Part shown: positions 1 to 11,200 of the stretch, in pieces
How positions within the stretch are numbered: position 1 is the stretch's first letter
Layout of the letters: each line of letters starts with the position of its first letter
Source: Felis catus
Lineage: Eukaryota
Length of the DNA: 64,000 bases
Reading direction: 5' to 3'
Assembly: GCF_018350175.1 (NCBI RefSeq)
Contig: NC_058368.1
Span: 190,466,001 to 190,530,000, forward strand
Made by a program: the position numbers and the translations under genes
Notes under the pieces: model-generated
Databases searched by the model: none
What the model was told of the DNA's origin: nothing
Seen by the model: the letters and a program-made list of their open reading frames with translations, nothing else

Positions 1-129
1 AGCTAAAATCCCTTTGACTACTCCCTCCTTCTCCAGTTCCTTTCCTCCGATGGCAAAGGCAACTGGAACAGTGAGTTGGGTGTATATCCCACCAGACACT
101 TTTCTATGCATATACCTTCATATGTCTGT

Positions 130-770
130 GCCCACAGACAAAAAAAAAATGCAAACTGTTTTATTTGTTTTATAAGATGGTTTTGTATTTTATGTGTTGT
201 TTTGAATTTGTCCTTTTCATACATTAATAAGGCTTGGAGTTTTCATGTCAACTGATAAAGATTTACTTCTAATAACCTTGGAATGATTGCATGGAATGAA
301 TGATTCACTATGTTTACTGTGAATGCATATGCCATAGTTTTGCTGTTCCCCACATACATTGTTCACTTCATTCACATATATATGAAAGCTGCAGCAAACT
401 TTCGCAAACAGATTTCCCTGTGCACATGTCTTTTTGTAGGGTAGATAACAAAGCACGGAATTGCTAAGGCTTAGCTAGGATACACGCATGCTCAATATTA
501 ATGGAAACTGCCAAATTGCCTCACAGTGTGGCTATACCAATTAAACTCCCATTTCATTCCAGTGTACTCCAATAGTCTATGTCATTTCCTGAGTCCCTGT
601 CTGGCCAACTTTGATATTATTGGCATTCTAAATTTTTGCCAGTCTTACAGATGAAATTTACTGGCTTCTTGTATTTCTTTATCTATGCCTGTTATGTCTT
701 CTGTCAATGTTTATATTGGGTGTTTTCTTACTGAGTAGTAGGATGCCTCTTTCTATAGTATGATACTGGA
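130..770 (-). mobile_element. Old LINE-1 (L1M-type) 3' fragment
   Basis: Degenerate antisense L1 motifs (gctgcagcaaac, ggaattgct, ctgccaaattgc, ggctataccaatt). Boundaries approximate. Confidence 0.55.
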
Positions 771-1439
771 AAAACAAACTAATCTCCAGCAGAAATAATT
801 CCTGCATATATTTTTAATTAATTTTCCAAACATTCATAGGAATAAGCTCATATTGAGAAAGTTGCTAGTTTTAGGTGCATATGTTCTGTTGGTAATAGAG
901 CTGAAGGTGATGACAATGAATTTCTTATGTATTTATTTTTCCTTGTTTCATGGTAGGCTAAATGGACTTCTAGAGCATTTATGGTCACTGAAACATTCCT
1001 ACTACAATGAAATGAATAAACTGTGATTTCAGGGTCTGAAATTTCAGGGCGTGTCTGAATTTGGTTTGTGCTTACCTTATTTTAGAGAGGGTTATGGGGA
1101 CATTCCTGATACCTGGGTCAGAGAGGAACCTGGTACTCTTGGCCATGTGCTATACAACTTAGCCCAATGGGCCAACAAAGTCAGTGAATGTAGAATCTCA
1201 CAGGAAGGTACCTTGGAGAAAACAAAGCAGGACCTACGTACCCTAGAGAAAGCAGGTGGAGTCCTGATGATCTGGAGCTTCAGCCTGTCTTCAGTAGCAT
1301 TTTTTGGGAGTGGAGGGTTAGAACCAGCAATCATTAGAACAATTGTTGATGCTCAATTAACCCAGTGGGCTTAACATTTGCAGCAGTGAAAATGTTTCGC
1401 AGATTCTTAGCGATGGAAGTAATCTTAGAAGAGCTTGTC

Positions 1440-1600
1440 CACTGGTCCTCAAATCCTGGGTGACTAGCAAGTGATATCAGAATGACCTGGAGAATTTCCA
1501 TGGGCCTTGGCTTCAAAAATTCTGATTCAGGGTTGGGCAATAAAATTTGCACTTTCAACACCTTCCCCAGGTCATGCTGATGAGCAGGCAAAGCTGGGAA
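1440..1600. mobile_element. MER5-like hAT-Charlie MITE remnant
   Basis: Contains attctgattcag...aatttgcactttcaaca...ccccaggtcatgctgatg. Confidence 0.55.
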
Positions 1601-2330
1601 ATAGGACTGCTTCATTTCAGAAATAGCGATACCTTCCATCTCACACAACTAATACAGTAAAACTAACCCTTGGCATTTTTCTATGCATAGGTGCCATTCT
1701 TTCTAATTCTTGTGGTTCTTTCCAGCTTTAACATTAAAAAAGTGTTCAAACTCCACCTAACTTCATGTTCTCTAGCAACAAATAAATGGTCCAGAGCAAT
1801 CAATTTCTAGATCCAGTACTGAAAGGAGAGAAGGACAATGGAACGTAGTTCAATAGCCTATCTTACTGCCACAGCATTCTCTGGGTTTGAAAATGGAGGG
1901 AGTCCCAAGCAGTCAGGTCAGCAGTACATGGCCACTGTTTATTGAGGATACACTGGGTAGAGTGCTAGTTCTGGATGTGTTTACATGAGTTAGTGGAATT
2001 AGATTAAAGAGTTGGATTTTTCATTGGAGAAGTTTTTGGCTTATTGAAATGGTACTCAAGAACATTTGCTGTTTTTAAATCAGCAAAAAAGGGCTTGTTA
2101 TGGAGATGAGTTCAGACCATGAGGTGGGTCAGCTATCTGTAACTGGGAGACAAAAGGGTGTGGAGTTAGGGACTCAGCAGTGGCTAAGGGCACATCAGAA
2201 TTTAGGCTAAAAAATATACATAATGACTCTTCTCATATTTCTGGAAGCATCTAGCTGCACAAACATCATGCAGTATATTTGAGAGATTTTAGTACTGCAC
2301 AGCCTTAATTTTTCTCATCTTTCCTCACAG

Positions 2331-2669
2331 TTCCAGCTGCACCAGAGACTGTGAGAGGGTTTTTGGGTCAGTCGGTGACCTTGCCCTGTAAGTACTCATC
2401 CTGGTCTGAAAACAGCAACAGCATGTGCTGGGGCAAGGGCCCGTGTCCCAAATCCAAGTGCAACAATGAGCTTCTCCACACTGATGGGAGGACGGTGCTG
2501 TCCAGGAAGTCATCAAAATATGAACTTCGGGGCAATATCCGACAAGGCGATGTCTCCTTGACCATCTTGAACACCAACGAAGGTGACAACAGTGTATACT
2601 GCTGCCGCATAGAGGTCCCTGGCTGGTTCAATGACGTGAAAAAGAACATTCGCCTGCAGCTGAGGAGAG
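2331..2669 (+). CDS. TIMD4: TIMD4 exon 2, IgV domain (339 nt, phase 1-1)
   Basis: Acceptor tttctcatctttcctcacag, donor AG|gtgtgt. Encodes PAAPETVRGFLGQSVTLPC...YCCRIEVPGWFNDVKKNIRLQLRR with the six TIM-family Cys. Confidence 0.97.
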
Positions 2670-5600
2670 GTGTGTACATGAAGGGGCTTGTGTCTGTGGA
2701 AGGATAGATTCAACAGTTAATGGGGAATGGATGTACTGGGTGGTGTTGGGGAGGCTGTAGGTGCTTAAGCACGAGGGGGCAGATTAATTTTAAGATGTGT
2801 TGCTATGACTAGAGGAGGCACAGTATGGAGCAAATACCCATGGGGGCCAAGAAGACCACAGCAATGAATGGGTGGGGGGTGCATGGGAAGGGAACCAGTG
2901 AATTGGAGGGTCAGTCTGCAAAAGACATCTGCTTCTTATTACGAGATTGTTGCTTTGTGCACAGTGTTTTCAGATTTCGCAATTTTTACGTGTATGACAT
3001 TGATTTTTATATGTTGGCAAAGATTTTTTAAAAAATACCATATAAATTAAATAAAATGTGTCCATGGGTCAGCTTCAGCCCCTAAGCCAAAGTTTGCAAC
3101 TTTCAGCAAAGGGGAAAGGGCATGAGACTTGGAGACAATCACAGCAGTTTTCAGGTGGCCTTTCTGTCTGTTACTGTCAGTTGCTTTTGATGAAACTGGA
3201 ATATGGTGGGATTCTTAAAGATTTGAGCTGCATAGAAGGCAGCCTCTGGTTGAATTATGCTAACAGTAATCACCTTTCCTGCTTGTCGGGAATGGTGTCT
3301 CTCAGAGTAAGCTCTATGTTCAAACTGCGTCAAAGATGGAGGGTTATCGGGGCACCTCAGTGGCTCAGTCAGCTGAAAGTCCAACTCTTGGTTTTGGCTC
3401 AGGTCATGATCTCGTGGTTTTGTGAGTTCAAACCCTGCATCAGCTCTGCACTGCCAGGATGGAGCCTGCTTGGGATTCTCTCTCTCTCTCTGCCCCTCCC
3501 CCACTCACGCTTTCTCCGTCTCTCTCAAAATAAATAAATAAACTTAAAAAAAAAAAAAAGATGGGGGATTCTTGTGCTTTGTTCCTGACTGGGTAGGCAT
3601 CTTGGAAGGCAGGATCATATGCTTATAGCCACATGTTTAACAGAATTCTCAGGTGACACCAATGCACTCTAAAATTTGGGAACGACTTATGTGGATGCTT
3701 CTTATTTCAGAACTTTCATATACTTTAGTATATTTTTCTTTAAAAGCGACTTTGTGATAGAAAAGGTATTTTTCTGATTTACTGAAGTTTTATTAAAGTT
3801 AAATGAGGCTAATCCAAGTCTTCTACTTTCAAGCCTGATATAACCAGCTATTATTTTATAAAATACTTGTTGAACTCAATATCTATGGGTCATTTCTAAG
3901 CTCACTGAAATCTGTTAGAGTTAATCAAAATTTGACATATTTAAGAGATGGTAGCATATGTAGAATAACTGTGGCTGATGAACCCAAACTCAAATGTTAG
4001 GGGGTGAGTGGTGTCGGCATGAACTTGTCATTAATATATGAAAGAGACTACATTCTCATCCCATGTTGAACACCTTGGATTCATTTTTATTACAGATTTT
4101 AATTTTACTTCATTGTGGAAAGAGCACCTATGGTGAGTTCTGCTCACTTAACAAATTTTCAAGTATACAACTTATTATTGTTAACTTTAGGTACGAGTTG
4201 TACAACAGAACTTGAGCTTCTTCATCTTGCTTGACTAAAATTTCATGTTTGGGCTCACTTTTGATGCAATTGTTCATTTGCTCACTTATGCAATCTTTTT
4301 GGAATATCTACCATGTGCCCAACATTGTGGTAGGTATTAGATTTGTAGCAGAGAACAAAATAAATAGCAGATTTTCCCTTATGGAGCTTACAGTCTGGTG
4401 GGAGAAGCAGGTGTTAAACCATAATCATAAAATAAAAGTGAAGGTAAAGTATAGAGTGCAAAACCCAGAAACCTAATTGATTGCAGAATATGTGTGACCT
4501 CCTTACAACAGTATCCTTTTAGCTGAGACATGAGGGTTCAGTAGGAGTCAGACTAATGAAGAGAGAGGCTCAGAAGCAACAGGTACAAAGTCCCTCCAGT
4601 GTGAGGTCACTGTTTAGAGAGGTGAAGAAAAGCCAGTGGGCTGGAGACAAGTGAGAAGAGTAAAGTGGAGACCTGAGATTGTAAAGAAAGAGCCAGATCA
4701 AGGGGAATTTTTGTGGGCCAACTTTGGGGTTGGGTCCTTTATCTCAAGGGCAAGGAGGACCCAGTAAAATCTTTTAAGCAGGGGACCAACATAATTATTT
4801 GTCATTTTAAAAGATTGTTCTAGGGGCGCCTGGATGGCGCAGTTGGTTAAGCGTCCGACTTCAGCCAGGTCACGATCTCGCGGTCCGTGAGTTCGAGCCC
4901 CGCGTCAGGCTCTGGGCTGATGGCTCAGAGCCTGGAGCCTGTTTCTGACTCTGTGTCTCCCTCTCTCTCTGCCCCTCCCCCGTTCATGCTCTGTCTCTCT
5001 CTGTCCCAAAAATAAATAAACGTTGAAAAAAAAATTAAAAAAAAAAATAAAATAAAAGATTGTTCTAGCCAATGTGTAAAAAGCATATCGGAAAGGTCAA
5101 GAGTAGGGGCAAGAAACCCAACTTTCATGGGCATTCCAGTGGTCCAGGCCAGTGGACCAGGTGAGGGCAGCAGAAACAGAGAAATGGACAGATCCCACAT
5201 ATATTTGTACAATGTATCTTATATCGGTTACAGCTCCAACAACCAAGCGCCCAACAACCACTACTGCCTTGACGACAACCATAGCTGTGCTTCCAACAAC
5301 AGCTGTGACTACACCTGAACTCACAACCAGAACACCACTTCAGACTACCCTCACAGCTGTGGCAACCACATGCCCCCCAACAATATCAACCTTTCTTCCT
5401 GAAGCAACCCCAGTTCTTGAGACCACTGAGCCTTCAATGGGAGCACCCACCTTCACTACAGGTACATGGTACATTTGGCCATTCTTTCCCTTCTGCTGGT
5501 CAGATGTATCTTGGGTCCCTTGCAACAGGGTTCTTTCACTGAATGGGGCAGTTCAGAGACTTGCCCTTGTGTGTGTGCATTCTGGTTTGCTAGGGTTGTC

Positions 5601-8225
5601 ATAACAAATGCCACAGAGCAGGGTGCTTAAACAACAGAAATTTATTTTCTCATAATTCTGGAGGCTAGAAGTATGAGACAAAGGTGTCAGTACGACTGAT
5701 TTCTTGGCTTATAAATGGCTACCTTCTTTCTGTGTCTTCACATGGTCTTCCCTCTGTGTCTCTGTCCTAATCTTATCTTCTCATAAGGACACCAGTCATA
5801 TTGAATTAGGGTCCATCCATATAACTTCATTTTACTTAATTATTTCTTTCTCCAAATAAGGGCACAATTTCCTGTATTGGGGGTTAGAATTTCAACATAT
5901 GAATTTTGGGGAATATAGTTCAGTTTATAACTGTATGTATGTGCGTTTGTGTGAGTGAGGATGTGGTTTCATCAATCTGTTCCTTTTCTTTGTTTTATGG
6001 TTTCCTTTTTTGCCCCCTATTTTTTCTGTTTTTTGAAAGTCAGATTTTTTGGTTCTCCAGTTGACCTTCCAGGAATCTTAGAGATATTTATGCAACAGCT
6101 AGGATATGTCATCTGGGGTCAGACCCCAGTTTTATTCTTCTAGGGGTTAAGTCTCTGCCTTGGCATTAAGTCTCTGCCTTGGCATTAGAGATTGGTTGAG
6201 GAAAGGCCTCCAGATGCCTTAAAATATCCCTTGATGATGAACTAGTTCTACCTTTGTTTCTTCCTTCCTCTTTCCTTCCCTTCTTCTCTCAATCCCTTCC
6301 TCCCTCCCCTCCATTCTTTTCTTTTTCTTTCCTTCCTGCCCCTCCCCCCCCCCCAAGTCATTTTTGATCCTCCATCTTGGACCCTCACTGACTTACTAGC
6401 TTCATTACTTATAGGGCTTATCAAAGTGCCCACCATGTTTCAACCTCTGATACCAAGGTAATGCTATTGGAAACTCATTAAGAGATAGTGTGAAGGCTTT
6501 CTTAGCTGTCTCAGCTGCCTCAGTAAGGCCTGGGTAATTTAAATAGCTTCATAATATTCAATCAGCTAATTCTGTTATACTCTGGGTTGTCACCTAAAGT
6601 TCATGAACCATAAACCAGCCAATTTTTGTATGTATTTTTAATTGTTTTTGGTGTTTAAAATAATCACCTTAAACTATGACATTTGTAGTTTTCTTGATCC
6701 TAAAAAATTACTTGCAATCCTTGAAGAAAACCTGAAATATATAAAAAGGCGCAAAGACAAGTATAAAAATAGCCCTGGATCCCACCACTCGGCACAAACA
6801 CTTATTTTTGCAGCTCTCTTTTATCAAACTTTTTTTATATTCCAGAATCAGAAAGTTTCTTTCTCTCCAGTGACTCTGAGAGAAGCACCGAGGTGACCTC
6901 TGGAAACATTGCCTTGCTTACATCCAGAGGTATGAGGACACTTTCTTTCTCTTTCTTTTCCTCATTTCTTAGGTTGAGGAGAGTAAAATGCTATTGAATG
7001 AGATAATTGAAGATGAATTTGGGGTCCTGTGTGCCATGAACCCTATCTAGGACAAATTGGACCACATTTGTGGTTCATTCATTCTTGTGGCTTTGAGAGA
7101 GAAAGGGGGGTGGGGAGAGAGACTGACCTTGATTTGTTTAAGCAATTCCTCATGGTAGCACATTTCTGGAATATTTGCCTTTCCATTCCAGGTGAGGCAG
7201 TGCTTAGCCGTCTCATTCTAATTCCCAGTACAATGATCTTTGTTGACTTCCTTGAGGGACGTCCTCACTTGATCATTGGCTTTCTGTAGTAGAGAGAGAA
7301 ATTCATTCATGTGATCTTTCATCAATCAAGACTTCTTTAGGTATTTAATAGGGGTCCAAGGGCAGGGAATACCCTAAAATAAGGCACGATTTACATCCAT
7401 GGGGGGGTGCTAGAGAGAAGTGCCCAGGCTGGGCTCTCTGTTTTATTCCTTTTTGCCAGGGGTTTCTGGCCTCGGCTGATTTCCCAGGTGAGTTGGAGAG
7501 TTGAATAACTTCATGGATATAATGGCCTTAGGTGAGTGCCTGGCATGTTAGTAAGTGTTCAAATGGCAGATTTTACTTAATGGGGCTTATAGTCAAGTAG
7601 AAGAAAACAGATATCTATGGGGTAAATAAATGAATCTGTTCTTGTGTTAGTACAATATAGGGAGGCAGTATGGCACAGGGTGTGTGCTCTGGTGTTACAC
7701 TGCCTGGGTACAAGACCCACTTCTTAACTGTTGTATGACTATGGGAAAGTTATTTAACCTCTTTGGGTCTTGGCTTCCTCATTGATAAAATGGGAATAAC
7801 AATAACACCTATCCTGTGTCTCTTTCTGAAGATTAAATGAGAGGATACTTGTAGATCACTTAGAACAGCATGAACTGAATGCTCTGTAAACATTAGCTCT
7901 TCTTCTTCTTTTATTATTATTTTTTATTTAAAAAAGATATTTTTTTAACGTTTATTTATTTTTGACAGAGAGAGAGAGACAGAGCATGAGTGGGGGAGGG
8001 GCAGAGAGAGAGGGAGACACAGAATCTGAAGCAGGCTCCAAGCTCTGAGGTGTCAGATGCTCAACCAACTGAGCCACCCAGGTGCCCCATTCTACTTTTA
8101 TTTTTTTTATGACAGAAGTTAGTTTAGGGGACAGTGGGGCACCAAAAATAAAAAAGACAAGTTTTTACCTAAGTTTGTTTTCTCTTTTCCTTTGTTTTTG
8201 TTTTGTTTTGTTTTGTTTTGTTTTG

Positions 8226-8257
<32 letters not shown>

Positions 8258-11200
8258 TCAGAATCTGAAGGTTGGGGTCTCCAGTCAACGTCCCAGACAT
8301 CAATGTGGGAAATGAGTGAGTCAGTGACTTTTCCTCAGCCAAGAGGTAAGGGGCTGTGCTCGTGAGGGTGATTTTGTCTTTGACCGTGGGAACAATCTGT
8401 CATCTGCCATCTGCCTGTTTGTCTTGGGATTTGGCTATTTTGGTTCCACTGTGGTCACATCCTACATCTTCCCACAAGCTGGGAAAGTGAAACCAGCTAA
8501 TAGCAGCCATGTTTGCTTCTTCCCTCTTCTGCCTCTTTTCTGAAACCCCTGTGTTGGGATTCCCCTTCTTCCTTAGTTGTTTCTGTCTTGAAGCTAGAAT
8601 TGCCAGAAAATCATCCATTCATTTTAAAAAATTAGTAATTTATTGTAAATTACACAAATATTACACTAATGTATTTTTGTTAGGGATACATAAAAAGTAG
8701 GAAAAAAATCTCTTTGACTCCCTGTCTTTAATCCTAGCCCTTCCTGTGATATAATCACTGCTATTAGTTAAAGAGGACCATTCCTAGATCTTTTTCTATT
8801 TCCTTATATGTGTGTATAGAAATATGCAGTTTTGTTCTGTTGTGTGAATTAAAAAAAAATTCTATTATACTGTATGCAGCCTTCTGTATTTTGTTTATTT
8901 ACCTAGCATTATATACTGGACTACTTTCCTTTCCAGTCCATGTAGATATATATCATTATGTTAAATTGCTGTATAGAATTTTATACTGTGGATACTTATA
9001 ATATCCAATGCCCACGAAGGGACATTGAGGTGTTCTAATATTTCATTACCATAAGTAGTTTGCAGGGGCATCCTTGTATGTGAGAGCCTCCTTAAGTGTC
9101 TATGTCTAACGGTCTAGGGTGGTGACTAAGAAGGAGAAATCCTAGGCTGAAAGAAATGTACACTTTAAGTTTACTAGCCATTACAAAATTGTCTTCTGGA
9201 AAGGCTTTGCCAATTTATTTTCCCACCCACAGTGTCTGCTTTCCTACATCTCCCCTATACTTGATATGACCATTTATTTAATTTTTTTTCAATCTCCTGA
9301 GAAGAAAATTCTGTCCCATTTTTTTGTTGTTCATTTTTTGTTGTCTCATTTTTTGTTGATTAACAAGGCGTTTGAGTGTCTTTCCATATGTTTATTAGCC
9401 AAACAATGGTCCTGTAACTCTGTGAAGGAGGCAGTGTAACATCACTCACAAAGGGCTCAGCAGATAGAATTGGAGAGGATGGGCAAGAGTAAGTGGAAAG
9501 AGGATACATTTTGAAAGAAGACTATAAATCAAGGTGAAATGCAAGGGTGACCTAATGTTGAAAAGTTTTGGCTTTTTTTTTTTTTTTTTTTTTTTTGGCG
9601 CTACCTCATTCAGCGGGAAGACGGGAAATTTGGACTAGTTGTTGTTAACTTAGGTGAAGCTAGATGCCAAAGATCCAAACCTTCTTTGTCTGTGGCGTGG
9701 GGTAAAAGCAGGGGCTGTTTCCTGGCAGAAGAGGAGGTAGCAACGAGAAAAATGATGGAGAGTGGGCAAGGAGTTCTCAAAATGTTATCATTCATTCCAT
9801 TTAAATCTCAGGCTATTTTACATTCAACTGCAAGGAAACAAGAGGTCATCTTGATGTTTCACCCTCTTCTGTAATACCCCAGATAACTGTTATTTCACTC
9901 TTCCTTGATAAATCCTGGAGGAGAGAGAATATTTGCAGCAACATCTAGAGGCTGCATTGCTGAGAAGGAGCTTGCTGTAAGAAGGTCTATCTCTGTGTAA
10001 CCTTTACTCATTATGGAAGAAACCAGGACTTATTGAACGCATATTATATGTGGTGCAGTGCAAAGCTGTTCTCATGGGCCACTTCATTCAATTCCTTTTT
10101 AGCAGATGCTCATACCCCTATTTTGTGCAACTTTTCCAAGGCCACACTGCTCTCAGGTTCCTGATGCAGGAAGTCTAGCTCTGAGTCCAAGCTCTTAGAT
10201 ATTATTTTATTTTGTCTTGTCTTCCTGTCTGAAATAAATGGTGGTGTTTTTTCCATTTACTGTCCTCTCATCCCACTGGTTGTAATGAAACATTTGTAAC
10301 AATAATTGCACTTTCTATTGCCGAAGACTTAATTATGTGTTAGGTGCTGTACTAAGGGTATTTAATATGTATTTTCTTATTTAAATCTCATAGTGACCTT
10401 CTGATCGGGTACAGATATTATACCTATTTTAGAGATAAAGAAATGGAGGCTCAGAGAGTTTATCAGAGTAGCTGACATCTACTGAAGTCTCTCTTTGTTT
10501 CAATAGTGCTCACGTTAAGCGCATTATTTCATCTGGCTTCTCACAAAATCCTATGAGATAGATACCATTATCACCTCCATTTTAGAGTTCATGAAGGTTA
10601 TATAACTTATCTGGTAAATGATGACACGGGTTTAACCCATGTCTGTTCAACTCTGCTGCCATTCTGACATCATACTGTGTTGCTTCTCCCCACCCCTCAC
10701 TCCCCAGTCTGGAGCCATTTACAGAATAAGTCAGGATAAGTGCTACTTCTTCATTCACATGAAAGTGCTTTCAACTCCTTTCAGAGAGCTCACGTGACTC
10801 TGTGGGGTTTCTTTCCCTGGCCAAATATCCCTGATTCCTTCCTCATTTCTTCATGTAATTTTGGATGGCAAGCCTTCCGTGGATGAGAGCTGGTTTCAAT
10901 TCTTCAAGAAGATCTGGTCAAAATTATTATTCCCTAAAGTCAGCATTACCCAGAGTGATAGTTCTTCGCCCCCACTCCATGGCTCCCTAGAATGGAGTTC
11001 AGAGACGTGGAGTGACTTACCCAAGATCATAGAGCTGGGCAGAGGGAGAGCTGGGACTCACACCAGGCCTCGGAGATTTTAAATTTTAAATGTCTGTGGT
11101 CTCCTGGGTGGAGTTGTCTGTGCACGGGCTGGGGGTGGTATGAACCCCCTGAAATTACATATATAATTATGTGTGCATATGTGCACATACATTTTTCTGA

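Noticed and set aside
1..2330. TIMD4 exon 1 (signal peptide) or promoter
   Set aside because: I found no ATG-initiated hydrophobic leader ending in a phase-1 donor. The region is repeat-derived intron 1, so exon 1 must lie upstream of the window.
3058..3537. 159-aa ORF and similar ORFs containing WLSRLS/AQVMIS or ERQSMNGGGAERE
   Set aside because: These are translations of CAN-SINE sequence, not genes.
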